Below are positions 18,086 through 28,523 of a stretch of DNA of 64,000 nucleotides, one piece after another; the first letter of the stretch is position 1; each line of letters opens with the position of its first letter. The position numbers and the translations under genes are program-made. Origin of the DNA: Vulcanimicrobiota bacterium (GTDB lineage: Bacteria; Vulcanimicrobiota; Vulcanimicrobiia; Vulcanimicrobiales; Vulcanimicrobiaceae); the NCBI GenBank assembly GCA_963820825.1, contig CAWGBN010000006.1:512001-576000 (forward strand). The letters run 5' to 3'. Below the pieces are notes generated by a model that had not been told where the DNA came from, ran no database searches, and was given only the letters and a program-made list of their open reading frames with translations.

Positions 18086-20025
18086 TGCTCGTCGCGGCTG
18101 CGGCGACGTTGCTGCATCTGATCCCTCGTCCGGTTCGGGTCGAAGACGTCGGCTGCGCCCGCGCGGCGAGCGTTCCGCGAAGCATCGCGGCCGGGTTCGA
18201 TCCCGGAGCGCGCGACGAGCTCGACGAGCGCTGGCGCGCGCTCGGCATCGGCGCGCTGCGCGTCGTCGCTTCCGCCGACGCGACGATCTCGGTGCGTCGC
18301 GACGCGTCGCTTGCGCCGCAAGCCTATCGCCTGATCGTCGAAGGAGGACGCGCGACGATCGAGAGCGCCGACGCCGCCGGGGCCTTCTACGGAGCGATGA
18401 CGCTCGCACAGCTTCCCGCGCGCGCGAACGGCCGTTGGTCGATACCGTGCGCGCGCATCGTAGACCGTCCGGCGTTGCCGTGGCGAGTTCTCTCCGACGA
18501 CGTCTCGCGCGGTCCGCTGCCGACGATGCGGTACTTCGAGGAGCGAATCCGCACGATCGCCGCGTTCAAGATGAACGGATACTCGCCGTACATGGAGCAC
18601 GTCTTCCTCAGCCCGACCGATCCGCTTCCGGCGCCGCTCGACGGCATCACGCCGGAGCAGCTCAAAACGCTGACGGCATACGCCGCGCGCTTCCACGTCG
18701 CGCTGATTCCCGAGCAGCAGAGCTTCGCGCACATGCACAACACCTTGCGCGTCGAGCAGTATGCCGGTGCCGCAGAGCTGCCGCACGGTTTCCTCTTGGC
18801 GCCGAACGTCGCGCTCTCGATGGAATACCTCGAGCGGATCGTTCGCCAAGAGCTCGCCGCGGTCGGCCGCCCGCCGTTCTTCCACATCGGCTCCGACGAG
18901 ACCGCGACGCTCGGCCTCGGCACGACGCAGGCATACGTCGCGCAACGAGGGCGCTCGCAAGCCTACGCCGAGCATATCGTCGCGATGAACGACCTGATCG
19001 CGCCGTCGGGGGCGCGAATTATGTTGTGGGATGACGGAATCGAAAACGATCCCGGAATCATGAAGCTGATTCCGCGTAGGGCCGTCATCGTCAACTGGCA
19101 CTACGGGAACGAGCCGAGTTTCGAGCGGTACATTCAAACGATCGCGCGCGGCGGCTTCGAGCAGATGGTCGCGCCCGGCGCGAGCAATTGGAACGAGATC
19201 TTTCCGGCAGTCGACACGGCGCTCGCGAACGAGCGCCGCTTCATCGACGAGGGAAAGGCGGCGCGCGTCCTAGGCCTCTTTCAAACCGTTTGGCACGACG
19301 ACGGCGAGACGCTTTACGAAGCGACCTGGTATCCGGTCATCTATGCAGCAGCGGCGGCCTGGCAGAACGGCGACGTCGCGCCCGAAACCTTCGCGCAGGA
19401 CTTTCCAAGTGCGTTCTTCGGCGTCGACGACGCGAGCTACAGTTCCGACGCCGCCGACCTCGCGACCGTGCTGCGCGACTTAGAGCCGGCCGATGGTGCC
19501 TACGGTCAGACCGACGCGCTCTTTTGGGCCGATCCCTTTGATCCGCTCGCGCAAAGCCAAATCGCCAACGTCGATCTGCGCCAAGTGCGCCTTGCGGCAG
19601 AGCGCGTCGAGCAGGATCGCTATTTCAGCGTTCCGCCGCTCCACGCGAACGCCGCATTCGTGATGTTTCTCGCGGCGCGGCGCTACGACGCGCTTGGGCG
19701 GAAGTTTCAAATGGCGACGGAGATGCGGTCGATGTACGCCGATGCCGTCGCTCACGCGGCATCGGATCCCGATCGCGCCGAGCGCGACCTATTCTGGTGC
19801 AAGTACTGGATGTGGGAGCTGCGCGACGCCTACGAAGGGCTCGCGCCGCTCTACGACCGCGCGTGGCAGTACGAGAGCCGCGGAGGCCATCTGGCGAGCA
19901 ATCTCGAGCGCTATCATCTCGCCGCGCAGCGGGCGATCGCGTACGCCGACGCCTTCTATCGGGTAACGCGGAAGTACGTGCAGAGCAAGACGCTACCACC
20001 GTTCGAGAGCGTGGTCACGCCCTGA
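18085..20025 (+). CDS. Beta-N-acetylhexosaminidase, GH20 family
   Basis: IVDRPALPWR, DDVSRG, and catalytic FHIGSDE. Confidence 0.9.
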   Translation: MLVAAAATLLHLIPRPVRVEDVGCARAASVPRSIAAGFDPGARDELDERWRALGIGALRVVASADATISVRRDASLAPQAYRLIVEGGRATIESADAAGAFYGAMTLAQLPARANGRWSIPCARIVDRPALPWRVLSDDVSRGPLPTMRYFEERIRTIAAFKMNGYSPYMEHVFLSPTDPLPAPLDGITPEQLKTLTAYAARFHVALIPEQQSFAHMHNTLRVEQYAGAAELPHGFLLAPNVALSMEYLERIVRQELAAVGRPPFFHIGSDETATLGLGTTQAYVAQRGRSQAYAEHIVAMNDLIAPSGARIMLWDDGIENDPGIMKLIPRRAVIVNWHYGNEPSFERYIQTIARGGFEQMVAPGASNWNEIFPAVDTALANERRFIDEGKAARVLGLFQTVWHDDGETLYEATWYPVIYAAAAAWQNGDVAPETFAQDFPSAFFGVDDASYSSDAADLATVLRDLEPADGAYGQTDALFWADPFDPLAQSQIANVDLRQVRLAAERVEQDRYFSVPPLHANAAFVMFLAARRYDALGRKFQMATEMRSMYADAVAHAASDPDRAERDLFWCKYWMWELRDAYEGLAPLYDRAWQYESRGGHLASNLERYHLAAQRAIAYADAFYRVTRKYVQSKTLPPFESVVTP

Positions 20026-22019
20026 GCGCGGCACTCATACTCGTCGTCTTTGCGATCTTCGCGGTGCTGATGTATCGGCGTTGGATGCCCGCGCTCGTCG
20101 CCGTTCCGGCCATGGCGATTATCATGTCCCTCGTCGCCGGGGTTCCGGCCGTACGGCTCGGCAGCATCGTTACCGCCGGCGCGGTGCAGCTCGCGCCGGT
20201 CTACGTTGCGGTGATCTTTGGCGCGCTGCTCGGCCGCGTGACGATCGAGACCGGGATCGCGCGCACGATCGTCGATCTCGCCGCCGAGTACGGCGGGGAG
20301 CGCCCACTCGTGCTTTCGCTCGGCTTCTGCGCGATCGTCGCGGTGCTCTTCACCTCGCTCTCGGGCCTCGGCGGCATCATCATGGTCGGATCGATCGTGC
20401 TCCCGATCATGATGACCGCGGGCGTGCCGCGCACCATCGCCGCAACGCTCTTCTTAATGGGATTTGCGCTCGGCTTCATCTTCAACATTGCGAACTGGAC
20501 CTTCTATACGAAGTACTTTGGCGTGAGCGCGCCGGAGCTTATCCGGTATGCGATCGTGCTTGCCGTCATCGACGCCGTCGCGCTGGTCCTCTACGCGGCG
20601 ATCTCGTTTCGCCGCGAGCGCGGTTACGCGACGTGGGCCGTTCGCGCCGAGCCGGAAGAGCGTCCGCGCGTCTCCGCAATTGCGCTGCTGACGCCGGTCC
20701 TCCCGCTCGTCCTGTACTACGCGTTGCGGATCGAGGCGGCGCCGGCCTTTCTCGTCGCCGCGCTCTTCGGCGTCGTCGTCACCCGCCCGAGCGAGGCGGT
20801 GCCGCGCCTCGTCGCCGCGGCGATCCGCGGCATCGAGGACGTCGCTCCGGCAGTGCTGCTCTTCATGGGCATCGGAATGCTGCTCGTCGCAACGCACGAG
20901 CCGCAGTTCGCCGCAGCGTTGCAGCCGCTGGTCTCCGGAGGCTGGCTTCGCAACCCGTATGCGTACGTGTTGCTCTTCGGCGTAGCGAGCCCGCTGGTGC
21001 TCTATCGCGGACCGCTCAATCCCTTCGGCGTCGGGATCGCGATCTTCACCGCGCTCTTGGCGGCGCACGTCTTGCCGCCGGTCGCGATCGTCGCCGCGAT
21101 CATGGCCGTCGTCCAAGTCCAGAACGTCTGCGATCCGACGAATACCGCGAACGTCTGGATTGCCAACTTCACCGGCGTGCCGATCGACGTCATCACCAAA
21201 CGCACGCTCGGCTATCAAACCGCGGTCGCCGTCGCGGCGACCATCGTCGTGGTCGTCGCCTCGCCCGCGCTTTTCGGGCAACGTCCATTTACGGCCCTGA
21301 TCTCCGCTGCGTCGGCGCAGGAGATGCTGCCTGGATTCTACGCGCCGGCTGCGGCGAAAGATCGCATCGCGGTCGACGATGACGGAACGCCGCTCGCGCG
21401 CGCCGCGGCCGATGCCGTCGGAGCGGCGCTCGCGAGCGGTCCGTGGCAGACGATCCGCGTGCACGAAGATCCAAATGCGAGCGACTGCGTCACGAGACGC
21501 TACGCCGCCTACGTCTACGTAACGGCGACGACGTTCTCGCTCGTCGAAGGCGACGACGTCGACGTCGGCGTGCGCCTGCAGGATTGCGGCGGATGGATCG
21601 TCTCGGAATGGCACGATCACGAAGTCGTTGCGCCGCCGCCCGGAGCCTCAACGGCGCGGCGGCTCGCGCTCCAAGGCGTCGACCGCCTTCATGCGTGGGC
21701 AACCGGCGACCCCGTTCGCAGCGCGAATCTCTTCGGTACCGGCGTCGCCGCGCGGGCGGGCGATAAGCCGACCTATTTCTACGCCTTTTTCAGAAGCGGT
21801 GACGGCAATCTGCGCGCGTACGTCCGTGCCGGCGGTCCCGCGTACGTTGCGGGCTTGCGCTCGGGCGACGTCATCGAAGATATCGACGGTCTGCCGTGGT
21901 GGCAGTACGGTACGTTTCAATCCGAGCGTCTCGCCTACGACGGCAAGCCGCACCGCTTTGAAATCGCACGGGGGAAGCGGCAGATCGAGATCACGCTCGG
22001 TGCGCCGTTTACCGCATGA
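20022..22019 (+). CDS. Multi-pass transporter fused to a C-terminal soluble region ending in a PDZ-like domain
   Basis: About 430 hydrophobic residues, then a soluble region with YVRAGGPAYVAGLRSGDVIEDIDG. Start uncertain (CTG overlapping the GH20 stop). Confidence 0.8.
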   Translation: MSAALILVVFAIFAVLMYRRWMPALVAVPAMAIIMSLVAGVPAVRLGSIVTAGAVQLAPVYVAVIFGALLGRVTIETGIARTIVDLAAEYGGERPLVLSLGFCAIVAVLFTSLSGLGGIIMVGSIVLPIMMTAGVPRTIAATLFLMGFALGFIFNIANWTFYTKYFGVSAPELIRYAIVLAVIDAVALVLYAAISFRRERGYATWAVRAEPEERPRVSAIALLTPVLPLVLYYALRIEAAPAFLVAALFGVVVTRPSEAVPRLVAAAIRGIEDVAPAVLLFMGIGMLLVATHEPQFAAALQPLVSGGWLRNPYAYVLLFGVASPLVLYRGPLNPFGVGIAIFTALLAAHVLPPVAIVAAIMAVVQVQNVCDPTNTANVWIANFTGVPIDVITKRTLGYQTAVAVAATIVVVVASPALFGQRPFTALISAASAQEMLPGFYAPAAAKDRIAVDDDGTPLARAAADAVGAALASGPWQTIRVHEDPNASDCVTRRYAAYVYVTATTFSLVEGDDVDVGVRLQDCGGWIVSEWHDHEVVAPPPGASTARRLALQGVDRLHAWATGDPVRSANLFGTGVAARAGDKPTYFYAFFRSGDGNLRAYVRAGGPAYVAGLRSGDVIEDIDGLPWWQYGTFQSERLAYDGKPHRFEIARGKRQIEITLGAPFTA

Positions 22020-22741
22020 AGCCGACCGAGCGTTTCGGCACGCGCGCGAAAGCCTATGCCGCGTTTCGTCCGTCGTATCCATCGGCTGCGATCGACGCGG
22101 CGCTCGACGGTCTGGGCGACCCGAAGACGCTGACGATCGCCGATCTTGGCGCCGGCACGGGAATCTCGGCACGGCTCTTTGCCGATCGCGGCGTCTCGGT
22201 GATCGCGATCGAGCCGAACGCAAAGATGCGCGGCGCGGCCGAGCCGCACGGGTCGGTCACGTGGCGCGAGGGGACGGGCGAGCAGACCGGTCTTGCCGAT
22301 GCAAGCGTCGACGCGATCGTCGCCTGTCAGGCCTTTCACTGGTTCGCAACGCCGCAAGCGCTGCGCGAGTTCCGGCGGGTTGCGCGCCGGCGCGCCGTCG
22401 TGCTGCAATACGAGCGCGACGAGCGGGACGAATTCACGCGAGCCTACGGCGACATCATGCGAGCGTACGCAACCGACGATACCGAAGATCTCCGCCGCCG
22501 CGCGCTGGAGTTTTTCGCCGCGTTCCCCGGCGCAGGGATCACGCGCAGCGAGCATCGCTCGCGCCAGCGGCTCGATCGCGCGGCGCTGCTCGGGCGCGCG
22601 GCCTCGTCGTCGTACCTTCCGCAGACCGGTCCCGATGCGGAACGCTTGCGACGCGACCTGCACGAGCTCTTCGACCGGTACGCGCGCGACGGATACGCCG
22701 AACTCGCGATGGTGACGTACGCGCTCGTCGCCGGCTGGTAA
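22016..22741 (+). CDS. Class I SAM-dependent methyltransferase
   Basis: ADLGAGTG and QAFHWF. Confidence 0.9.
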   Translation: MKPTERFGTRAKAYAAFRPSYPSAAIDAALDGLGDPKTLTIADLGAGTGISARLFADRGVSVIAIEPNAKMRGAAEPHGSVTWREGTGEQTGLADASVDAIVACQAFHWFATPQALREFRRVARRRAVVLQYERDERDEFTRAYGDIMRAYATDDTEDLRRRALEFFAAFPGAGITRSEHRSRQRLDRAALLGRAASSSYLPQTGPDAERLRRDLHELFDRYARDGYAELAMVTYALVAGW

Positions 22742-22742
22742 C

Positions 22743-24893
22743 GTGGAGCGCTCGGGGCAGCGGCGGATCCGCGTCGGCATCGACGTCGGCGGGACGTTCA
22801 CCGACGTCGTGGCCGTCGATGCCGCGACGCGCGCGCTGCTCGCGGTGGTCAAGGTGCCGACGACGCACGACGCGCCCGAGGGCGTCGCCGCCGGGATCGT
22901 CGCGGGCATCGCGCGACTGCTCGCCGGCGCGTCGATCGACGCGCGCGACGTCGCCTTCATCGCGCACTCGACGACCCAGGCGACCAATGCATTGCTGGAG
23001 GGCGATCTCGCCCGCGTCGGCGTGATCGGTCTGCTCGATGGTTTGTCGTGGCTTGCGAAGCGGCAGATGCACTTTGGGAGCGTTCCGCTCGCGGGGACCG
23101 CGCCGTTCGCGCCCGACTTTGCCTTCGCTCGGGCGAACGACGAACGATCGGTGCGCGCCGGAATCGACGGGCTCCTCGCGCGCGGCGCGCAGGCGATCGC
23201 GGCGAGCGAAAGCTTCGGCGTCGACCGGCCCGCGAACGAATCGCTCGCCGTCGAATACGCACGCGCCCATGGCCTCGATGCGACGAGCGGACATGACGTG
23301 AGCACCGCCTACGGTTTGCGCGCGCGCACGCGAACCGCCGCGCTCAACGCCGCGATTCTCCCCAAGATGGTGCGTACCGCGCGCGTGACCGCGGGCGCGG
23401 TCGAGCGCGCGGCGATTCCCGCGCCGCTAATGGTGATGCGGAGCGACGGCGGCGTGATGGACGTGCGCGAGATCGAGCGGCGGCCGATCTTGACGCTGCT
23501 CTCGGGTCCGGCCGCGGGCGTCGCGGGCGCGCTGCTCTACGAGCGGTTGAGCGAAGGAATCTTCATCGAGGTCGGCGGCACGAGCTCGGACTGCTCGGCG
23601 ATTCGCGCCGGCCGCCCGCAGATGCAGCCGGCCCGCATCGGCGGCCATCGCACGATGCTGCGCACGCTCGACGTGCGGACGCTCGGGATCGGCGGCGGCA
23701 GCATGGTACGGCTCGAGGGTAAGGCAATACGCGATGTCGGACCGCGCAGCGCGCACATCGCCGGCTGTCTGTACGCCTCATTCGTCTCGCCGGATGCACT
23801 CGACGGTGCGCGGGTAGAACGCATCGCGCCCACCCCACGCGACGCGGCCGAATACGCGGCGCTCGTCGCGAGCGACGGAAGGCGCATCGCGCCGACCGTA
23901 ACCTGTGCGGCAAATCTGCTCGGAGCGATTCCGTCCGGCGCCTTTGCCGCCGGCAACGCGGAGGCGGCACGCCGCGCCTTCGAGTTGCTCGCGCACCATC
24001 TCGGGGGCGATCCGCTCGCGCTCGCTCGCGACGTCCTCGCAATTGCCGCCGAAAAGGTGCAAGCGACGGTCGAACGGCTCGTCGCCGAATACGAGCTCGA
24101 GGTTGGGTCGGTCTCGATCGTCGGCGGCGGCGGCGGCGCGGGTGCGCTCGTTCCGGCGATCGCGCAGCGGATGCGGACTCCCTATCGGATCGCGCGCGAC
24201 GCGGAGGTGATCGCGCCGATCGGCGTCGCGCTCGCCCTGGTGCGCGACAGCGTCGAGCGAACGATCGCCGCGCCGTCGCCTCGCGAGATCGCACGGATTC
24301 GCCGCGAGGCGGCCGATCGCGTGATCGCCGCCGGCGCCTCGCCCGACCGCGTCGAGGTCGAGATCGAAATCGATACGCAGCGCAATCGCGTTCGGGCGAC
24401 GGCGTCGGGTGCGACGGCGCTCGTCGAATCGGCCGCAACTCTCGCGACGACCGAGGACGAACGCCGCGTCGCCGCCGCCGACTCGATGCGCTGCACGTCC
24501 GGCGAGCTCGAGCGGGTCGAGCTGACGCCCTCGCTATCGGGATATTGCCGGCGACGCGTCGAGAGCGCGGCGCTGCGGCGTCGGCGCGAGATCGGCGATC
24601 TGCGCGTCGTCGACGAGCGCGGCGTCGTCCGCCTCGCACTTCGCGATCCGGTTTTGACGTTGACGAACGCCGGCGAGCTCGCTGCGCGCGTGCGCGATGC
24701 GATCGAACGCGAGACGCGTTTCGGCGACGTCGGGCGTGCGCTTCCCGCGCTCTACCTCTTACGCGGCGCGCGAATTGCGGCGTTCGAGGGCTTGACGAGC
24801 GCCGAGCAAGGCGCGCAGCTCGCCGCGGAAGAGACGCACGGCTGCGCGCCGGAGGAACGTGTCGCGCTGCTCCTCGTCGCGCGCGAGGCTTAG
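22743..24893 (+). CDS. Hydantoinase/oxoprolinase A-like ATPase family protein
   Basis: GIDVGGTFTD, HSTTQATNALL, SGPAAG and EVGGTSSD. Confidence 0.9.
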   Translation: MERSGQRRIRVGIDVGGTFTDVVAVDAATRALLAVVKVPTTHDAPEGVAAGIVAGIARLLAGASIDARDVAFIAHSTTQATNALLEGDLARVGVIGLLDGLSWLAKRQMHFGSVPLAGTAPFAPDFAFARANDERSVRAGIDGLLARGAQAIAASESFGVDRPANESLAVEYARAHGLDATSGHDVSTAYGLRARTRTAALNAAILPKMVRTARVTAGAVERAAIPAPLMVMRSDGGVMDVREIERRPILTLLSGPAAGVAGALLYERLSEGIFIEVGGTSSDCSAIRAGRPQMQPARIGGHRTMLRTLDVRTLGIGGGSMVRLEGKAIRDVGPRSAHIAGCLYASFVSPDALDGARVERIAPTPRDAAEYAALVASDGRRIAPTVTCAANLLGAIPSGAFAAGNAEAARRAFELLAHHLGGDPLALARDVLAIAAEKVQATVERLVAEYELEVGSVSIVGGGGGAGALVPAIAQRMRTPYRIARDAEVIAPIGVALALVRDSVERTIAAPSPREIARIRREAADRVIAAGASPDRVEVEIEIDTQRNRVRATASGATALVESAATLATTEDERRVAAADSMRCTSGELERVELTPSLSGYCRRRVESAALRRRREIGDLRVVDERGVVRLALRDPVLTLTNAGELAARVRDAIERETRFGDVGRALPALYLLRGARIAAFEGLTSAEQGAQLAAEETHGCAPEERVALLLVAREA

Positions 24894-26407
24894 TTCACGC
24901 GCGGCTGTTTGACCGCTAGGCGTTCTGCCTCTTCAAGCGCTACGGTACTCTTGCGTATGCCATAGGTGAAGTAGAAGACGAGTCCGACAACGAGCCAGAT
25001 CAGGAACCAGAGCCAAACAATTGGGAAGCCGTAGAACTCCGGGTTGCCGACCCGCAGGTAGTAGATCAAGCCGAACGCGGTAATCGCCGAGAGCACCGGA
25101 ATGATGTATGGTCCCAAAGGCAGCTGGAAAGATCCCTTCATTTCGGGATGACGCAGACGTAGTATCGGAACGGCGATAGAGACCAGGATAAACGCTGCGA
25201 GCGTACCCATATTGGTCAGCGAGCCCACGATATTGATCGGTGTTATCGCTGCTATAACCGCGATGCAGATGCCGAAGAAGAGCGTTGAAAAAATCGGAGT
25301 TCGCCACGTCGGGTGGATTCGCGTGAACGACGGAGGGATCAGGCGGTCGCGAGACATTGCGAAGAAGATGCGGCTCTGCCCGAACATCATCACGAGTAGC
25401 ACGGTCGTTAAGCCGGCGATCGCACCGACCGATATGATGACGCCAGCCCAGCCCAAACCGATGTAGTTCATTGCAAAAGCCACCGGATAGGCGACGTTGA
25501 GCTTGTAGAATGGCACCATCCCGTTGAGAATCGCGACCACGATGATGTAGAGAACGGTACAGACTATCAAGCTCATGATAATGCCGAAGGGTAGGTCTCG
25601 CCCGGGATTGCGAGCCTCTTCTGCGGTGGTGGATACGGCATCGAAGCCGATGTACGCAAAAAAGATGAACGCTGCGCCGCCGAGCATTCCCGCAACCCCA
25701 AACGGGAAGTACCCGCCCAAGCCCGCCGGACCGCCCGGCGGTATGTGGTAGTTGGCGCCGTTGATATGACCGACTCCGATTGCGATGAAGAAGAGAACGA
25801 TCAACAGCTTGATGGCGACTATTACGGCGTTCACCGAGCCGGACTCACGCGTTCCTCGTGCAAGCAACGCGGTAATCACCAGAATAATGCCGGCTGCGGG
25901 TAGGTTGGCATAGCCGGAAACCCCAGCCTGACCTGGGAGACCCCAGTGCGGCCCGTTCGTCCATTCGGGCGGGATGTTCAAGAAACTCAGCCCCGTTTGA
26001 TGCAATATGTTAACGAAATAACCAGACCAACCGATGCTAACGGTTGCGGCGCCAAGCGCGTACTCCAGGACGAGATCCCAACCAATGATCCACGCCAATA
26101 GCTCTCCGAGTGTCGCATATGTATACGTGTATGCGCTTCCCGAAATCGGAATCTTGCTCGAGACTTCGGCGTAGCAGAGCGCGGCGAGCCCGCTGACGAT
26201 GCCGGCGACCACGAACGAGATCGTGATCGACGGGCCCGCGCGCGTGGCCGATGCGACGCCGGTCAAAACGAAGATGCCGGTACCGATGATCGCACCGATG
26301 CCCATCGCGGTGAGCGCCCACGGCCCGAGCGAGCGTTTGAGGCCGTGCGTTTCATCGCTCCCCTCGGCAAGAATGCGCGCGAGCGGTTTTACCCGTTGCA
26401 TCAACAT
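24890..26407 (-). CDS. Amino acid permease (APC family)
   Basis: GIGAIIGTGIF, GSAYTY and FAYIGFDAV. Confidence 0.95.
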   Translation of the reverse strand: MLMQRVKPLARILAEGSDETHGLKRSLGPWALTAMGIGAIIGTGIFVLTGVASATRAGPSITISFVVAGIVSGLAALCYAEVSSKIPISGSAYTYTYATLGELLAWIIGWDLVLEYALGAATVSIGWSGYFVNILHQTGLSFLNIPPEWTNGPHWGLPGQAGVSGYANLPAAGIILVITALLARGTRESGSVNAVIVAIKLLIVLFFIAIGVGHINGANYHIPPGGPAGLGGYFPFGVAGMLGGAAFIFFAYIGFDAVSTTAEEARNPGRDLPFGIIMSLIVCTVLYIIVVAILNGMVPFYKLNVAYPVAFAMNYIGLGWAGVIISVGAIAGLTTVLLVMMFGQSRIFFAMSRDRLIPPSFTRIHPTWRTPIFSTLFFGICIAVIAAITPINIVGSLTNMGTLAAFILVSIAVPILRLRHPEMKGSFQLPLGPYIIPVLSAITAFGLIYYLRVGNPEFYGFPIVWLWFLIWLVVGLVFYFTYGIRKSTVALEEAERLAVKQPRVN

Positions 26408-26419
26408 GTCGAACCCTCT

Positions 26420-26848
26420 CTAGCGGAGGAAGCGGATGGCGAAGGGGTAGGTGTAACTGCGGCCTTCGCTTGCGGCCAGCGTTCCCAGAATGACGAAGAG
26501 AATCGAGGCCAGCACGATGACCAACGAGCCGACGGCGAAGGCGACCCAGAGCGCCGCGAGATTGAACCCGGCGGTCGTCGATCCGGCGGTGGAGAGCGGC
26601 ACGATGAAACCAAAGGTCGCCGCGAGCGCGACGATCACCGCGAGGATCGCCAGTATCGAAATCGTGATTTGGTAGTTCAGCGACGCCCGCGCGTGCTCGC
26701 CGACGAACTCCGACTCGGGCCCTTTGATCAAGTAGACGACGAGCGGTCCAAGGACGTGGCCGAACGGCAGGCCCGCAACCGCGACGAGCGCGCTCAAGTG
26801 CGCGGCCATCGCCCAGTTCCGTTCCTGCGCAACGACTTGAACTTGCAT
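26420..26848 (-). CDS. DUF4870-like membrane protein
   Basis: ERNWAMAAHLS, HARASLNYQIT and YTYPFAIRF. Confidence 0.85.
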   Translation of the reverse strand: MQVQVVAQERNWAMAAHLSALVAVAGLPFGHVLGPLVVYLIKGPESEFVGEHARASLNYQITISILAILAVIVALAATFGFIVPLSTAGSTTAGFNLAALWVAFAVGSLVIVLASILFVILGTLAASEGRSYTYPFAIRFLR

Positions 26849-26874
26849 GGCGGGTTATTTTGGAAGGCGCGGAA

Positions 26875-28221
26875 ATGGCCTGCATGCCCGATTGCGACGT
26901 CTTGGTCGTCGGCGGGGGCAACGCCGGTTGCGCGGCGGCAATCGCCGCCGCACGCCACGGCGCGCGCACGCTGCTGATCGAGCGCTACGGTTTCCTCGGT
27001 GGAACGGCGACCGCGGCGATGGTCGGCCCGTGGATGACCTTTCACTCCGCGACGGAGCGCATCGTCGGCGGCATTGCCGAGGAGATCGTCGAGCGCTTGA
27101 TGCGCAAGGGTGCCTCGCCCGGACATCTCAACGACTCCTCCGACTACGTTGCGTCGATTACGCCCTTCGACCCCGAGGTCCACAAGGCGCTGCTCTTGGA
27201 GATGATGCGCGAAGCCGGCGTCGCGATGCTGCTGCACGCGTACTTTCTCGCCGCCGAGGTCGACGACACGACGGTGACCGGCGCGACCGTTGCGACGATC
27301 GGCGGCACGCGCACCTACGGCGGAGGCATCGTGATCGATGCGACTGCCGACGCGCTGGTCGCGGCATCGGCCGGGGTGCCGACGCAGCAGGGCGACGAAC
27401 GGGGACGCGTCCAGCCGGCGACGTTGATCTTTCGCTTGAGCCACGTCGATCTCGACGAGCTCGCGCAGTACGTGCGCGAACATCCCGAGGAGATGCGCAG
27501 CTCGATTCCGCCCGCGGAGCGCACCGCGCAACGCCTTACCGCCGTCGCGGGGCTCTACTCGCTCTGGGAGCGGGCGCGCGAGGACGGCATCGTCGACGTC
27601 CAGCGCGAACTGGTCTCGTTCTTCATCTCGCCCTACCCCGACGAAGTCACGGTCAACATGACGCGCGTCGTCGACGTCGATCCGCTCGATCCTGACGACT
27701 TGACGCGGGCCGAGGTCGAGTCGCGGTTGCAGGCGATGCAGTTGTTCGAGTTCTTTCGCACCCGCGTTCCCGGGTTTGCCAACGCGCGCATCGCCGGTAG
27801 CGGCACGCAGGTGGGTATTCGCGAGTCGCGGCGGATCGTCGGACGTTACACGCTCACGCGCGACGACGTCCTGGGCGCGCGCAAGTTCGAGGACGCCGTA
27901 GCGCGCAGCGCCTATCCCATCGACGTGCACAATCCGCGTGGAAGCGGGACGACGACGCAGCGGCTCGCACCGGGTGAAAGCTACGAGATTCCGTATCGCA
28001 CGCTCGTGCCGGTCAACCGCGAGCAGCTGCTGGTCGCCGGGCGATGCATCTCAACCACGCACGAAGCGCTTGCGTCGACGCGGCTCACGCCGACGGTGAT
28101 GACGCTGGGCCAGGCCGCCGGCACCGCGGCGGCAATTGCCTGCGCCCGTGGAATACGTGTGGGCGACGTCGATACGCGCGAGCTGCGCGAACGGCTCGTC
28201 GCCGACGGAGTGATGATTTGA
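26875..28221 (+). CDS. FAD-dependent oxidoreductase
   Basis: VLVVGGGNAG Rossmann motif; GIRESRRIVG; YEIPYRTL; LVAGRCIS. Confidence 0.9.
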   Translation: MACMPDCDVLVVGGGNAGCAAAIAAARHGARTLLIERYGFLGGTATAAMVGPWMTFHSATERIVGGIAEEIVERLMRKGASPGHLNDSSDYVASITPFDPEVHKALLLEMMREAGVAMLLHAYFLAAEVDDTTVTGATVATIGGTRTYGGGIVIDATADALVAASAGVPTQQGDERGRVQPATLIFRLSHVDLDELAQYVREHPEEMRSSIPPAERTAQRLTAVAGLYSLWERAREDGIVDVQRELVSFFISPYPDEVTVNMTRVVDVDPLDPDDLTRAEVESRLQAMQLFEFFRTRVPGFANARIAGSGTQVGIRESRRIVGRYTLTRDDVLGARKFEDAVARSAYPIDVHNPRGSGTTTQRLAPGESYEIPYRTLVPVNREQLLVAGRCISTTHEALASTRLTPTVMTLGQAAGTAAAIACARGIRVGDVDTRELRERLVADGVMI

Positions 28222-28523
28222 GCCGCGCCCTTGCGCGGGCGCGCGCCTACGGCGTTGCGATTCGCTTCGCCGACCTCGGCGATTGGGGACGGGACGAGCT
28301 GCGCTCGGAGTACGACCCTGTGCTTGCGGAGATTCGGCTGAACATTCGCGTCGCCGCATCGCTTCCGGTCGAGCGGCTCGGCGAGTTCGTCGCGCTCGCG
28401 GTCGGTCACGAGCTCTACCACCATCGCGAGCGAATCGGCGAGGTGACGGTGATCGTCGATCGGCACGCGCGCGAATCCGCGGCGGCCGATTTCGCACGCG
28501 CGCTCGTGGGCGACGATGCATGA
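28218..28523 (+). CDS. Small HExxH protein (ImmA/IrrE-like zincin minimal domain)
   Basis: AVGHELYHH followed by E..ADFA; TTGA and ATGA overlaps with both neighbours. Confidence 0.7.
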   Translation: MSRALARARAYGVAIRFADLGDWGRDELRSEYDPVLAEIRLNIRVAASLPVERLGEFVALAVGHELYHHRERIGEVTVIVDRHARESAAADFARALVGDDA

